A stretch of DNA of 64,000 bases from Amoebidium appalachense (lineage: Eukaryota; Protista; Ichthyosporea): the NCBI GenBank assembly GCA_963693365.1, contig CAVNZM010000006.1, positions 8,497,355 to 8,561,354 on the forward strand. Reading direction: 5' to 3'. Positions 1 through 49,753 of this stretch are shown here, piece after piece. Both the position numbers and the translations under genes were made by a program. Below the pieces are notes generated by a model. That model saw only the letters and a list, made by a program, of their open reading frames with translations. It was not told where the DNA came from and searched no databases. Position 1 is the first letter of the stretch. Each line of letters opens with the position of its first letter.

Positions 1-55
<55 letters not shown>

Positions 56-76
56 GGAGGGAGAGGAGAGAGAGAC

Positions 77-125
<49 letters not shown>

Positions 126-223
126 TAGAGAGAGTGTGTGTGTGTGTGTGTGCGTGTGGGTCATGTGTACACGCGCACGTGTGCGTGTGTGCGTGTGTAT
201 GTTTGTATGTATGTGTGTGCTTT

Positions 224-263
<40 letters not shown>

Positions 264-267
264 TGTG

Positions 268-332
<65 letters not shown>

Positions 333-706
333 TGCACGCTAACGAGGTCTGCACATGTACACTTCAGCAGTGGATTATCGATAGAGTACATACATGTAAA
401 TGCATAGCCAGCCTGAGCATATGCATAATAAAGTGCCCTTTAAGTTACCAGTCCCCAGGGGGAGGGCCGAGAGTGGGGGGTTCAAGGGGTAGAGAGGTGG
501 GAGTGGGGGGGGGGGGGGGGGGGGGAGAGCGGACAGTCGGAGATCAGTGATCGGTCTTGCATTTTCCCATAGGGGAGGTGATTTCAACCCCCCCCCCCCC
601 CCCCCCCCTCCTCCCCCTCCCACCCTCCGGCCCGGGGTCCCCGACCTTGGCTACCATATGCACTCCAACCGACAGTCCCCCCCCGCCCCCCCCCACACAC
701 ACACAC

Positions 707-759
<53 letters not shown>

Positions 760-1698
760 CACACACACGCACGCACACACATATTACGCACACGCACAGA
801 GAGAGAGGGGCCGCACACACTCACACTCAGACACATTCTAGTGTGTGCATCTGCGTATAGTAGTACTCACAGACAGAGTGTTTTCTCTTATAATTTGAGC
901 ACTCACTGTTGGCTCTATCTCTCTCTTCCTCCTTCTCCGCTCCTCCCCTTCAACCCCCCCCCCCCCCCCCTCTCTCCCCGCGCCACCCGCCCCTCCCCCC
1001 CCCCCCCCCCCTCTCCCTTCCCCCCTCCCCCTCCCCCCAACCCTTCCCCAACCATCCCCATCCCCTCCAACATCGTTCTTCTGGCTCCTGGGTTGTGCTG
1101 TAAACCCACCTCCCTCCAGCCAATATTTGTGAACAACCAAAACACCAAACAGCTACCTTACAATGACCCGTCGCGATTTCAGTGCCACAACCGGGCGACA
1201 AGCCAAATGCGAAAGCCCATTGCAATTTCACATTCCCCGCCAATGCCATTGCAATTTCAGTGGGCGCGAAACATGCGTGCACGTGTACACGTACGGGAGG
1301 TACACTGGTAGTCTACACTCGTCTCTTGAGTAGTATAGACACATGCTTGGATTAGCCACTCGCGCCGAAGCCGGGTATAGGTAGCTCTAGATCTTGTTTT
1401 TCGAATGAGGCGTAAGAGAATAGATTGACACAAGGAGCCAAAGCCGGCGTTTCCACTCTATAATTACGTCTTGCTAACGAGGGCATTCCAGGGTCAAAGT
1501 GTCTAATTAGTTTCACTTTTACGTTAGTACTTGCCCAGCATTGGCAGCTGCATGAGCGTAAGCGTCGTACTTCTCTTTTACAATTATACCTGTCAAGTTA
1601 AAGACCCAGTTACTTGGGCAGCTGATGAAGCAACTCTAAACAACTCTATAAACAACTCTAAACAACTATCAAGTTAAAGGAACACGTAAACATCATTA

Positions 1699-13237
<11,539 letters not shown>

Positions 13238-13663
13238 AAGGATAGGTGATGCTTCTTCTTCTTTTTTTTTTTTTTTGAGGGGGGGGGGGGGGGATCTAAA
13301 AGTTATTTTTTTTTTTGGGGGGGGGGGGAGGGGGGGGGGGGGAGGTTAGGAGGGAGGGGAAGGGAGGGGGGATAAATCAATCCGTTGACACGTATATGCG
13401 GATACATCGGTACTGTGTGATAAAACACACGTGACACTAATAATTTTTAAACACGCAAAGAGCACAAACTAGAGGATGTAAGCATAAGCTGCTATAGATA
13501 CCGTCCGTCAAGAACGACCCCCACCATTAAAAAGAACCGGCGGACAAGTCGGGTTTTCAAAGAACATGCGCTGCGCCCAGATTTGGGGTCACGGGTTGCT
13601 CTCTTGATACCTCCCCCCCCCCCTCTCCCCAACACACACGCACGCACACACGCGCGTGCACAC

Positions 13664-13731
<68 letters not shown>

Positions 13732-14156
13732 ATGCACCACACAGACAGACACACACACACGCACACAGACACACGCACAAGGGGGCATGCCAACTGAAAA
13801 CATAACCGTGTGCTATCCAAAGATGTACCACGACGGCATTTGAACGACATCTGTGTGCAATTACGGCGTAGATCGAGACATCATACAGGACTGAGAATAG
13901 ATATATAGACAACGAGATAGCCGTTATGATCTTTTCACCAGATATCCAACGAGATATGCCGAAGGGGTTTACGCTGTTTACTCGAGGCAAAGAGAACCAG
14001 TCTCAGGTATGGGGGGGGGTTTTGCTCGGAATATCCCCTCAGCGGTATATCATGATCACGTACATAGATGTCGGGTGGTGACTATATATCAGGGTTTACT
14101 TTCTCTACGAGACACCATAAAGACTACAAGGAGAAATCAATTAGTTGGGGTTCCCC

Positions 14157-14157
<1 letters not shown>

Positions 14158-14196
<39 letters not shown>

Positions 14197-14228
14197 GGGC
14201 TCCCCTCGGGACACTCGGTATCAGCTGG

Positions 14229-14277
<49 letters not shown>

Positions 14278-16625
14278 TGTGTGTGTGTGCGCGTGCGCTA
14301 TAATTTTGTAGTGATGTGTTTCTCAAGCCAATCAATACATCTAATAAACAGGTCGTAGTTACGCGTGTTTAGTATAAAATCAAGGATGTTGTAATTTACA
14401 GGTAGGCTATCTTTCTGGGTGTCTGTTGTGAATGTGACGTGTGTGTGTTGCGGTATTATGTGGTCTATCAAACTACATTTGGCGATACATGACCGGTTAA
14501 ACTGGTGTGTGTGTGTGTTGTTTGGGCATGCAAATGATGCCACCTTATACTTATTAGATCTCCACTGTATAGCACGTGTACAGTAAAAGCGTGGTAATTG
14601 ATCAATAATACCATCAGCTAGAGAAAGACCAGTTCTACAGGAAGGTAATATGTATTTAGGTGTTATACACTTGCGAGTGCCATATTTGGCAATATGGTTG
14701 AGGCGGTCAGTATATATAAAACGAGACATAAGGCTTAGTTTTTCAAGGTGTATGCTTTCATCGGGTCTAGTGTCGTGTGGTATCTTTTTCCATTTGTTAT
14801 ATTGCGTGATTATCTTGTGATTGTGTACATGTTTAATAAGTAAGTGGCAGTCCAAAGTCACACACACACTATTGCGGGGTTTATTTGTATTTGTGCCCAG
14901 GGGAGAAGGGGAGAGAGAGGGGAGGAAAGAAGGGAGAGGTGAGGAGGGGACAGGTCGGATAGAGAAGAGAGGGTGGGAGGGCAAATACTTCTTTAAGCGG
15001 CTTATGTGCTTATTGAATTTCAGCGCGAGATAGGATACTCTAGCAGCTATTGGGACCAGACCATATATCGAGAGCGTTACAGGCCCAGGTTTACAACAGT
15101 TGTTATATAGAAAGGAGGCAACTTCTGCTTCAAGGAAATTTGCCAGGGGTTTAAGCGCTCTAGTTCTCTCTTTCTTGATCCAAGCGGCGAGAAGGGGTAA
15201 ACCATATTCACATGCTGGGAAGACAAAAGTGCGAATAAATGTAAGTCTAATAGAAGGATGGAGGGGTGTGTCTTTAAAAATATTAGCCGAGAAGAAAGCT
15301 AACCGCTTACGAGCCAACTCTACCCTCTTTTCGACCATATGGGGAAACATAACACCAACAGAATCAACCGGAACACCAAGATATTTGTATTCTGGAACTA
15401 TAGGTACAGGTTTAGATGATAATGTAAATGTGTGTAAATTGTTAGCTATATCAGGTACAAGAACACCACATTTGTCTATGTTAAGGATCATAAGGTTTGC
15501 CTTGCACCACTCTGACACTACATCGAACAATCTTTGCAGGCGTCTAGGGGTACGGGCAAGGAGGGACAGATCATCAGCATAGAGAAGTGCAGGCGGAAAG
15601 TTATTAATAGGGTCATCGTTTTCGGCGTAAATCTTGACAGCCAAATCATCTATAAATAGGTTAAACAAAAAGGGGCTAAGCAATGAACCCTGCAAGAGAC
15701 CTCTAGTACGAGCAAAACCATATGAAAGATGCCCATTAACCACAGCTCTACCATAGGTTTGAGACAAGAGTGCTTCTAACAGAACACCAATGCAGTGTGG
15801 TACACCCCGTGCAGCAAGCTTTTCCCATAGGAGACCAGGGGAGACAGAATCGTAAGCAGTTTTCCAATCAATAAAGCCAACATATTGTGCACCAACTTGC
15901 ATAGAATCGTGCAGTGCCATTATTTGAACATAACATGAATTGTTTTTACGAAAAGCGGATTGGCATGGGTGTATGTGAAGAATAGATTGAAACCTAGGGT
16001 GATGTGCAAATAACCTAAGTAAGCAAGCTTCAAAGAATCTACGAACAACCTGGGTTAGTGTAATGGGGCGAAAGGATGATATGGGGCCCTCAGAGTCCTT
16101 CTTAACTATGGGGATCACTAAGGTATCTAACCAAGATGACGGGACATGTCCACATTTAACACACCAAGAAAAGAGAGAGCTTAACATGATAGTAAGATCA
16201 GGTTTAATAGCACGATCACTTTCCTTTTGTGGGTAGGAGGGAACAAGGATTTTAAGAAACCCAGCAGGGAGTCCATCAGGTCCACAAGACTTACTAGAGC
16301 TATAACTAGATATCACAGACCATATGGCATCGGGACTGAAAAAGGGGAGGATCGATTCTATGGGGATAGATGGGTCTACAGGCCACACAATAGGTTTCTG
16401 AGCGGGGGTCCTATCTTTAAACAGTTCCGAGAAATACTTATCAGAGTCTATGAGGGGGTCTCCAGTGGTATCACCAATAATACGAGCAGGGGGGGCCAAA
16501 TCGATTCATACTAGCAAGCCGGCGCAAGCTTTCCTTTTGAGACAGGGGTTCACCTAGTCTAGCGGGAGTGGCCTAGTCTAGCGGGAGTGGTGTGGGTAGG
16601 AGGGAACAAGGATTTTTTTTTTTTT
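14158..16625 (-). mobile_element. 5'-truncated LINE-like non-LTR retrotransposon with poly(A) tail
   Basis: RT ORF, then a short 3' UTR with (CA)n, then a 35-nt A tract (T run 14158-14192 on +). The other end is bounded by a 13-nt T run (16613-16625), consistent with insertion into an A tract. Confidence 0.88.
14298..16499 (-). CDS. Non-LTR retrotransposon reverse transcriptase ORF (N-terminally truncated, no endonuclease domain visible)
   Basis: 733-aa intronless ORF with LINE RT motifs KSCGPDGLP, FRPITL, QSAFRKNNSC, FIDWKTAYDSV, RGLLQGSLLSPFLF, LYADD, LNIDKC, YKYLG and a C-terminal Cys/His cluster (CPNNTHTHQFNRSCIAKC). The called start is TTG. A neighbouring frame stays open upstream across a 7-G run at 16489-16495. 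Confidence 0.95.
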   Translation of the reverse strand: MAPPARIIGDTTGDPLIDSDKYFSELFKDRTPAQKPIVWPVDPSIPIESILPFFSPDAIWSVISSYSSSKSCGPDGLPAGFLKILVPSYPQKESDRAIKPDLTIMLSSLFSWCVKCGHVPSSWLDTLVIPIVKKDSEGPISSFRPITLTQVVRRFFEACLLRLFAHHPRFQSILHIHPCQSAFRKNNSCYVQIMALHDSMQVGAQYVGFIDWKTAYDSVSPGLLWEKLAARGVPHCIGVLLEALLSQTYGRAVVNGHLSYGFARTRGLLQGSLLSPFLFNLFIDDLAVKIYAENDDPINNFPPALLYADDLSLLARTPRRLQRLFDVVSEWCKANLMILNIDKCGVLVPDIANNLHTFTLSSKPVPIVPEYKYLGVPVDSVGVMFPHMVEKRVELARKRLAFFSANIFKDTPLHPSIRLTFIRTFVFPACEYGLPLLAAWIKKERTRALKPLANFLEAEVASFLYNNCCKPGPVTLSIYGLVPIAARVSYLALKFNKHISRLKKYLPSHPLFSIRPVPSSPLPSFLPSLSPSPLGTNTNKPRNSVCVTLDCHLLIKHVHNHKIITQYNKWKKIPHDTRPDESIHLEKLSLMSRFIYTDRLNHIAKYGTRKCITPKYILPSCRTGLSLADGIIDQLPRFYCTRAIQWRSNKYKVASFACPNNTHTHQFNRSCIAKCSLIDHIIPQHTHVTFTTDTQKDSLPVNYNILDFILNTRNYDLFIRCIDWLEKHITTKL

Positions 16626-18116
16626 GAAAAACGTGGAGGCCAGAGTCAGACGCTTTACAGCTAATCCAACCTCCAACAACAGGACATACGTTTAGAGTTT
16701 CAGGTACTCTGGTTTGCACCAGGTACCGAAACGAAAATGCAAATGTTGGACTCCTGAAACTTCTTCATAAACTCAGCTATGCATACGATTTATACGAGGG
16801 TGAGCCATCATTCAATTTTTAGTTATACATTTATAAGAGTGAAGTGCATAGAAAACATCATAGTTTTTGATTTTCAGCAAATAATCTCAAGTGCATACTG
16901 GCATTGGGATAGCAACCGAACAGCGGTAACAGAAACTGGACCAGGCCGATCTGGACTACATATGATATCATCACGTGACGTGCACTACATCGGTCTATGT
17001 ATATCAGCTGGTGCTTTCTGTCGAACCTATGTTAGTGCCACACAGATACACCGTGTATGTGATTGATATACATGCATAGTTGGTATGCAATGTAAGGCCA
17101 CCCAAGCAATATCGATCTTGGGCAAGGAGATACAATAATCTTACTAGCTGAGACGCCAAGTTTCCTAATATGGAAAGGAATGCTACCCGCTGCGTCTCGG
17201 GCCCAAAACTTTGTCCGCCATGGGACACCTATAATTATAAGAGAGCATAAAAATACTTTATAACATCAACGGGATCCTGCGGGATATGATTTACTTGCCT
17301 TTTTTCAGGGTCCCACGGTGAGCCAAACTCGTTATAAATTCGCCATATAAGCATAGACACAACGAAGTAGGCACAGATATATAGCTTTACCGGATATTGC
17401 CGCTTTCCGGCCAGCTTTTTTATTCAACGAGATCTAGATACCAAATTTACGAAAATCCAAACGTTAAATTAGACTTTGTAGAACACACACATAATGTTCA
17501 GCTATGGGGGTCAACAACCACCGAATTGTCAGCTATGTACGGTCATACTTTTTGATACTATAATTAATTATAAAGCATTGGTATTTTGGAGTAGCATGTA
17601 ATTACATAATTTATTTATTTTCAGATGCGATCGCCACACATCGCGTCCGTAATCGCGTTTTGGCTCACCGTGCGATCTAGATTCCGCTATACACTGTGGT
17701 ATTCATGCTGCAAAACCTGAAGACGGCGCAAGTTTTGAATTCAAGTTTTGTGTGTGTTGGCCGCTAAAAACACTGTACATGTTAGGGGTAAACGTGCATG
17801 TTCATTTAGGGTGTGTACATGTGCTTGCAACCACTTTGGAGTTATATAGTCAGTAGCTACATGGCTTTGGGCTTTGGGTTTCTAACGTGTAGCTCTTTAT
17901 TGCCATAACTTCGGAAACCACAAGACATCCAGAACTTCTGGAAAGACTATGCAAGTGCGCTGGTGAAGGAAACTCTGTTTCTCCTTTGCATGTTTCTTTC
18001 GTCGTTTCCTCTCTTTTAATCTAATAGGCAAAGATTCAGTTCATTAGCAGCTGAAAGGTTGACACAATCAACGCAAACGAAAGCAAAGAAGGTTTTTGCC
18101 CAGCCACTACGCAACC

Positions 18117-43465
<25,349 letters not shown>

Positions 43466-43755
43466 CGAGACGCCTGTGTGTGTGTTATGTTTTCGTTTGC
43501 TTACTCTTTCAGATATTTCAGATAGTGTAAAGGTCTCCTTAGCTGGTGGTTATGAAGCTGCTGCATATATACACCCTGTAACACACACGCGCGCACACAC
43601 ACACCCATGCACATGCTGCCATGCAGCCATGCACGCGCTTGCACGCATCATGGCACACACACAGCCACACACACAAGAGGGAGAGGGAGAGAGAGAGGAG
43701 AGGGGGTGGGGGGGGGGGGGAGGGGGGGGAGGGGAGGGGGGGGGGGGGGGGGGGG

Positions 43756-43871
<116 letters not shown>

Positions 43872-44060
43872 GGTTTACCCCCCCCCCCCCCCCCCCACTA
43901 TCACACACGACGCACACGTACACAGAGAGAAAAACGGGTGGCTGATAATCTTGACGTACACGAATATCTCACGGACCCGCCACTTCCACTGTTCTCTTCC
44001 CTGGTATACACCCATGTGGCTCCTGTAAATTCACACACACACAGACACAAACATCTACAC

Positions 44061-44109
<49 letters not shown>

Positions 44110-44644
44110 CACCACACACACACACTCACGCAATAAACTAATACTCAAGAATCCGGCGCAAGCGCAACATTAGAGCACTTTCGTTTGTCACTGTTGGCAG
44201 TTAACCGCTCGGTTTTGATTGCTTCTTTAACGAAGTCCGACATACTTGTTAAAGTACATTGTACGTTGTTTATTTTAGTCAGTGCCCGTATTTCGTGAGA
44301 GGGTCTTTTTCAAGTCCAAGATTAGGATTAGAGGAAGAGGCCTTCACATACAGATTAGGAGCTTGGGAGAAAAATGACCTTCAACAATGTCAAGGTTTTT
44401 TTTTCCAGGCTCGTTTTCATGCAAAGCCAGTGTAATAGAGGCTATGGTGACTTGCTGTGTTTTTGACCATTGAAAGTTATCTGGTATTGCTTTGGGCTAT
44501 CCATCCACAATTGTGCGCTTGTTTCTATGTATTTTCATATATTGCCACATGTACATGTGGCTCAAGATGGATTGTTTTCTGCACAATAAACGTATATATA
44601 TATAAATTCGAATCACAACCTTCCCCCCCCCTCTCTCCCCTAAC

Positions 44645-44693
<49 letters not shown>

Positions 44694-45581
44694 CACACGC
44701 GCGCGCACACACGCACACATACACACACACTGCCCCTATGAGTTAATTTCAACAAATCTATAAGACTAGCTGTTGAAAATCCGAGACTCGGTGTCAGATG
44801 CATTGAGACTTGGTCATGCGTTTGGATTTTGTATTCTGCCATAAACGGCCAGCTCACTTTTTCGACACGTGTCAATTTCGACACCGACACACATTGTGTC
44901 TGGCATGCATCCAATATGGTTACCAACCGCGTACATCATCCTTTCTCTGCAAATCTTGCTGGTATCATTGTACAGTCACTGTTTAGAGAACAACTTCCCT
45001 TGAATGCACAGCATATCAATCACGAAACCATACGTTGCTTATTCGTTACAACACGTGCACTGACATGTACAACACTTTCATTATTATAAAGTTAAAATTT
45101 ATGCTAGCAAAACTCCATCCAGGTTGCTTATAAGGGGCCGCACACCGGCAGTCAGTTTATGAAAATTTTCATATATATTAATACTAATAACAATACGCAT
45201 ACCAGTCTAGACTAAGTGAACCTCCTCCTCCTCCCCCCCCCCCCCCCCCCCCCTTCCCCCCCCCCCCCCTCCAATTTAAAGAAATAAGTGAATCGCCAAA
45301 AAAGAAATATGAGGCCGCCTATAACCCAACTCGTAGTTCGTATCCCCCCCCCCCCCCGACACACACACACACACCCCACACACACACACATGCTCACCCT
45401 TTCCCCTCGAAGAGAAAAAAACAATTTCATTCTCTGTCTCTTTCTCTTATTCCTTTTCATCTCTAGTACAACCCGATGTGAGGACAAGCAACTATCTATT
45501 TCCTTTCCATTGGTGGCCACCTACATTTTAAAAATTAAAAATATTACTAAACTCTGTAACAACCCCCACTAGATGGCATTT

Positions 45582-46277
45582 TCACAGTGCACTCACATAC
45601 GACATTTTAACAGCATCGTCAAACCTCGGAGGAGGAGGGGAACCATGCAGCCCAAGTGACCGCCAATCCTCGGTTTTTGGTTGGTTAAGAGGCCCCGGTG
45701 TCGACACACCAGAATCCCACGACATTCTCCTTGGACGTTTTCCCGCCAAAAGCAATCCCGGTAGAGCAGATGACGACATTGTAAACTGGGAATTGTCGTT
45801 CATGGAACATTCTGGTAGTTGCTGTAACGATGTCGCTTGCAGCGAGACGGATGTTGTGGAATGTTGTGTTTTGTTTCCGGCGCGAAGAATTGATGATGGG
45901 ACAAGGGTGCCGAGGGATGGGCGGCGTGGGCGGCGGGTCGTTGGTGGGAATTGGATAACGGGCATGGATCGGGTCTGGTGGGTGGGTGGGTGTTAGTGTA
46001 TGGACACAACTGAACACACGAAGAAAATGGGCAGATGGAATGGGATTTTCCTTTTTTTTTTTTTCCCTTAATGAAATAAGGAACAAAGGATAGTATTTTG
46101 CATTTTCTCTTGGAGTTTTGACATGATGTGATGGTTTTCTTGTTTGTGTTTTTGTTTGTTACAAAATTGTTAACATGACAAATCTATTTACTGCTGAGTA
46201 TCATCATTACTGTCATTATTTTTTACTGTTGTTGCCATCGTTGTTTTTCTTACTATTATTATTTACGGGGGGAAGGT

Positions 46278-46315
<38 letters not shown>

Positions 46316-46337
46316 TGTGTGTGTGCGTGTGTGGCGA

Positions 46338-46368
<31 letters not shown>

Positions 46369-46858
46369 AGGCAACATTTAGGAGGTAAAACAGCTCACAG
46401 AATACATTAACAGCAGAAGCGGAAGCAGAAGGATAAGATGCCTACAGGATGCATTAAAAGATGTCCACCACCAAAGAGTCTAATAATATACTCGAGTACT
46501 CATTTCACTCTCTTTTCTCGTCAGCATGCTTCTCGCTCCATTCCTTGCTCCCGAGAAGGAGACGAGAAACATGGGGGACAGGGAGGAGGAGGAGGAGGGC
46601 ACGGGGGGGGGAAGGAGGGGGACCGGGTGGGCAGGCGGTGTGTGTGTGTGTGTGTTGTGGGGGGGGGGGGGGGGGGGGGGGAGGATATGTTTGCATTAGA
46701 GGGTTGGAAATATGGAGGAGACACCAACGGGCACAATACAAAACGTCACTAGAAGGAAACCCCGAAATTAAAACATTAAAAAAAATGGAGCTGACGAAAA
46801 GATTATGCCGGCAGAAGACACTTGAACAGAGCCCATCAATCATCAGGAAGGGGAAGGG

Positions 46859-46909
<51 letters not shown>

Positions 46910-48527
46910 GAAGGGGGGGGGGAATGATGGGAATAGGGGATGGCGGACGGGGGGAAAGGGGGGGGGGGAGGGGGGGGAGGCATGAATGTTGCTGGCACAC
47001 GCCGTGCTCATACATAGTCACTTTTCATACCCACGCAAAAAAAGAATTATTCTAGCAGAAACATACACCATATACACGATTTCTTTACAACACAAAGCAT
47101 GAACAAGCATGCAACAAGTCTTAGGAAACCAGCTCACCTCTTGCAACATCTCAACCTGGAACGCGGAAAACACAGAATCCACCGAGTCTCTCCTTAGCGC
47201 GGTGTAGCTCTGCACCGACATCCTTCTGTGCAATTCATACGAGGGGGGGTCTTCGATCATCGGGAAAACCGTACAGTCTCCCTCCGAAAATCGGCGTTCG
47301 AACTGCGATGATTGGGGGGTTCCAACCTGCAGAGCGTGCGTAGGGGTATTCGACGCAGGGTCCGTTTCGGTAATTGAATTTTCGAGCGAAAATGGAAGGA
47401 CCAGTCTTACGTCTGAACATCCCGTAATCGAAACCGTGATCGCAACGTGGTATCGTAACGTGACCAGAAGGCCCTTTGACGTTCTGGAAGAAGTGGCGGT
47501 GGGTGCAAGAACCAGTGCCGTTTCTCCGTTAGTTTTTACAAACTCCTGTTTTGCCGCTTTAAATTCGTCGTCCAGTTGCGGCAACAGCGAAAATGTTTTT
47601 TCAAACACCACCCCGGCGCCGATGTCGCTCTCCACCTTTCCCTTCGCCCATGCTTTTACGTCATGTTTGCTCGTGTCCAGAATGTATTGTTTGTCGACTA
47701 TCAGCATCGTTTTATCCCACGCCTGTGCATGCTGAACGAGCTCTGCTCTCACTTTGTTTATCGATAGCGCGCGTGACGTGTTATGGATCACAACGTTCAC
47801 TTCGACAGGCTCGAGAGTGTTGAAAACATCGCGAGATAGCGACGCCTCCACCCTAAGTTGGGGCGTTTGCGACAGGAAGAATTTGCGATCTGCTTGCGCT
47901 GTGGGGCGATGACCGGGAATTGGATAGTATAGTGACGCTTTACGAAGTCCACACCTCGCAAGTGTGTGTGCCCCCTTTTCACCGCTGCGCACCAGGCGTA
48001 CATCCCATCGCACGGTGCACAGTTTGTGGTCGAAGGAGGCGGGTTCGTTGGCTGGCATATTAAAAGTCACAGAAATGTTTGTGGTGCCCTTGCGGATGAA
48101 AAAGTCGCGACCGACGGTTTTGACACTCCTGTGGTGAACAGGGGGCAAGGGGGGTGGGGGGGGGGGGGGGGGGGGGGGAAGGGGGGGGAGGAGGAGGGGG
48201 GGAGGGGGGCATGTTGCGTTAGTTTACCGTGCACTAGGACCTGAAAAATGATGTAACATGTGGAAATATCGAAGTGGCACTTCAATGTACATGGGATTAA
48301 AATCCACACACGCCGGACACAATAGTTTTTAAACTACCAATAGAGTTGGGAGAGAAACAAAAGGTGGTTATCGGAGCTTAGGCTGCAACAACATGTGCAC
48401 TAACAAGTGCATACGTAGAGTTTGGTTAAAAGTAGAAGCATACACACCCATGAACATACAAGCGTGCGCGGGCGCACACGCACACGCACACACACACACA
48501 AACACAAACACAAGCACAAACACACCT

Positions 48528-48559
<32 letters not shown>

Positions 48560-48619
48560 ACATGCATGCATGCGCGCACACCCGCACGCACACGCGCACA
48601 CACGCACACACGCACACAT

Positions 48620-48655
<36 letters not shown>

Positions 48656-48680
48656 GCACAAGCACACACACACACGGGGT

Positions 48681-48719
<39 letters not shown>

Positions 48720-49753
48720 AAAACATACAAACGGAAGCACCCTATTGGCATTATGAAGAAGAGGCTGCATAATGACTCAAGAGCCAACGCAGGCAAAGCA
48801 TAAATACAGAGAGGGCTGCAATTCATACAAACAAAGCTATTTGTGTGCGTGTGTGTGCACGTGCATGTGGATACGGTGTAACGCATGCACGTTTTTTTCA
48901 GGTGACATTGCACGAATACATACAGGTTGATCTGATCACGCGGAGTGGTGTACGCGTGTGCAAGCATATTTCAGTGCTTGCAGGGAACCCAAGAACTGCT
49001 TCCGTCGCAGTAAAAGTGCAGGCATCTACTTTTGCACTCACGTGTCAACGTGAAAGGGCCCCCACAATTGCTGTGAATACTTAATCTTAATATAAAACTC
49101 AAATCGATTATCGACAAAAAGTTTTTTGTGAAGTTCTTCACGTAGGGATAGCATGTGTTTTGACCTATGGCTCTCATGATACGCCCTGCGTTCCTGCTTG
49201 CCGTGCTCTATTTTACGACACGTGAAGTACACACACGTGCATACACAAACACACAAGCACACACACATGCACAAACAAACACACAAGCATGCACACAAAC
49301 ACAGGCGAGCAAGCACATGGAAAACTTGTGTCCTTAGGCACTCTCACTCTGACAGCAGACACCAACAAACGGGCACCCATCCACCCACCTGAATATCGTG
49401 TGGGCCTTTTTGTAGTGGTGCGAAGCATAATCCTTGCACACAAACCGGCACACTAACGCCACGCTGATGTTCGGATAAACGGCCTCCTCTTGGCTCTCTA
49501 TCGTTAGTGTACCCTCCACGGAATCATTGTCATAATACGTGTCTCTTTTCAAGGCAATGCGAAACATTGGTTCAGTAGCTGCTTTTTGCCTAGGGGGAAC
49601 TGGGTCTTGCGCATGCATGTTCGTTGTGTTTACGCTTGTCTGTGTGGGGTTAGAACTTAATCGGCTTCTTCTCGGCATGTTGGTTGTTTGAGCATCTGAA
49701 GATGAAGGGGTTCCTCCCGCCCCGGAGGAACCCGAGAGGGAAAATCGAAACAT
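45582..49753 (-). CDS. Arrestin-fold protein (beta-arrestin-like C-domain, PPSY motif, long Ser/Pro-rich tail), about 4 exons, about 623 aa
   Basis: Exons on minus strand: 49753-49389, 49164-49042, 48128-47138, 45974-45582, phase consistent. [22 protein letters not shown] resembles the arrestin N-domain start. [25 protein letters not shown]...[19 protein letters not shown] and [20 protein letters not shown] resemble the arrestin C-domain. The 3' end is uncertain because a GTGAGT donor-like site lies just before the stop. Confidence 0.8.
46684..46842 (-). repeat. Repeat subfamily A copy in reverse orientation (sense to the minus-strand arrestin gene)
   Basis: Plus strand reads poly(G), GATATGTTTGCATTAGAGGGTTGGAAATATGGAGGAGACACCAA...GAAGACACTTGAACAGAGCCCATCA, the reverse complement of the subfamily A core. 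Confidence 0.8.

Noticed and set aside
330-1630. Possible minus-strand gene diverging from REXO4
   Set aside because: Donor-like sites exist but I could not assemble exons with a recognisable protein.
46440-46570. Possible extra arrestin exon
   Set aside because: No phase-compatible, stop-free exon found, and the model is in frame without it.
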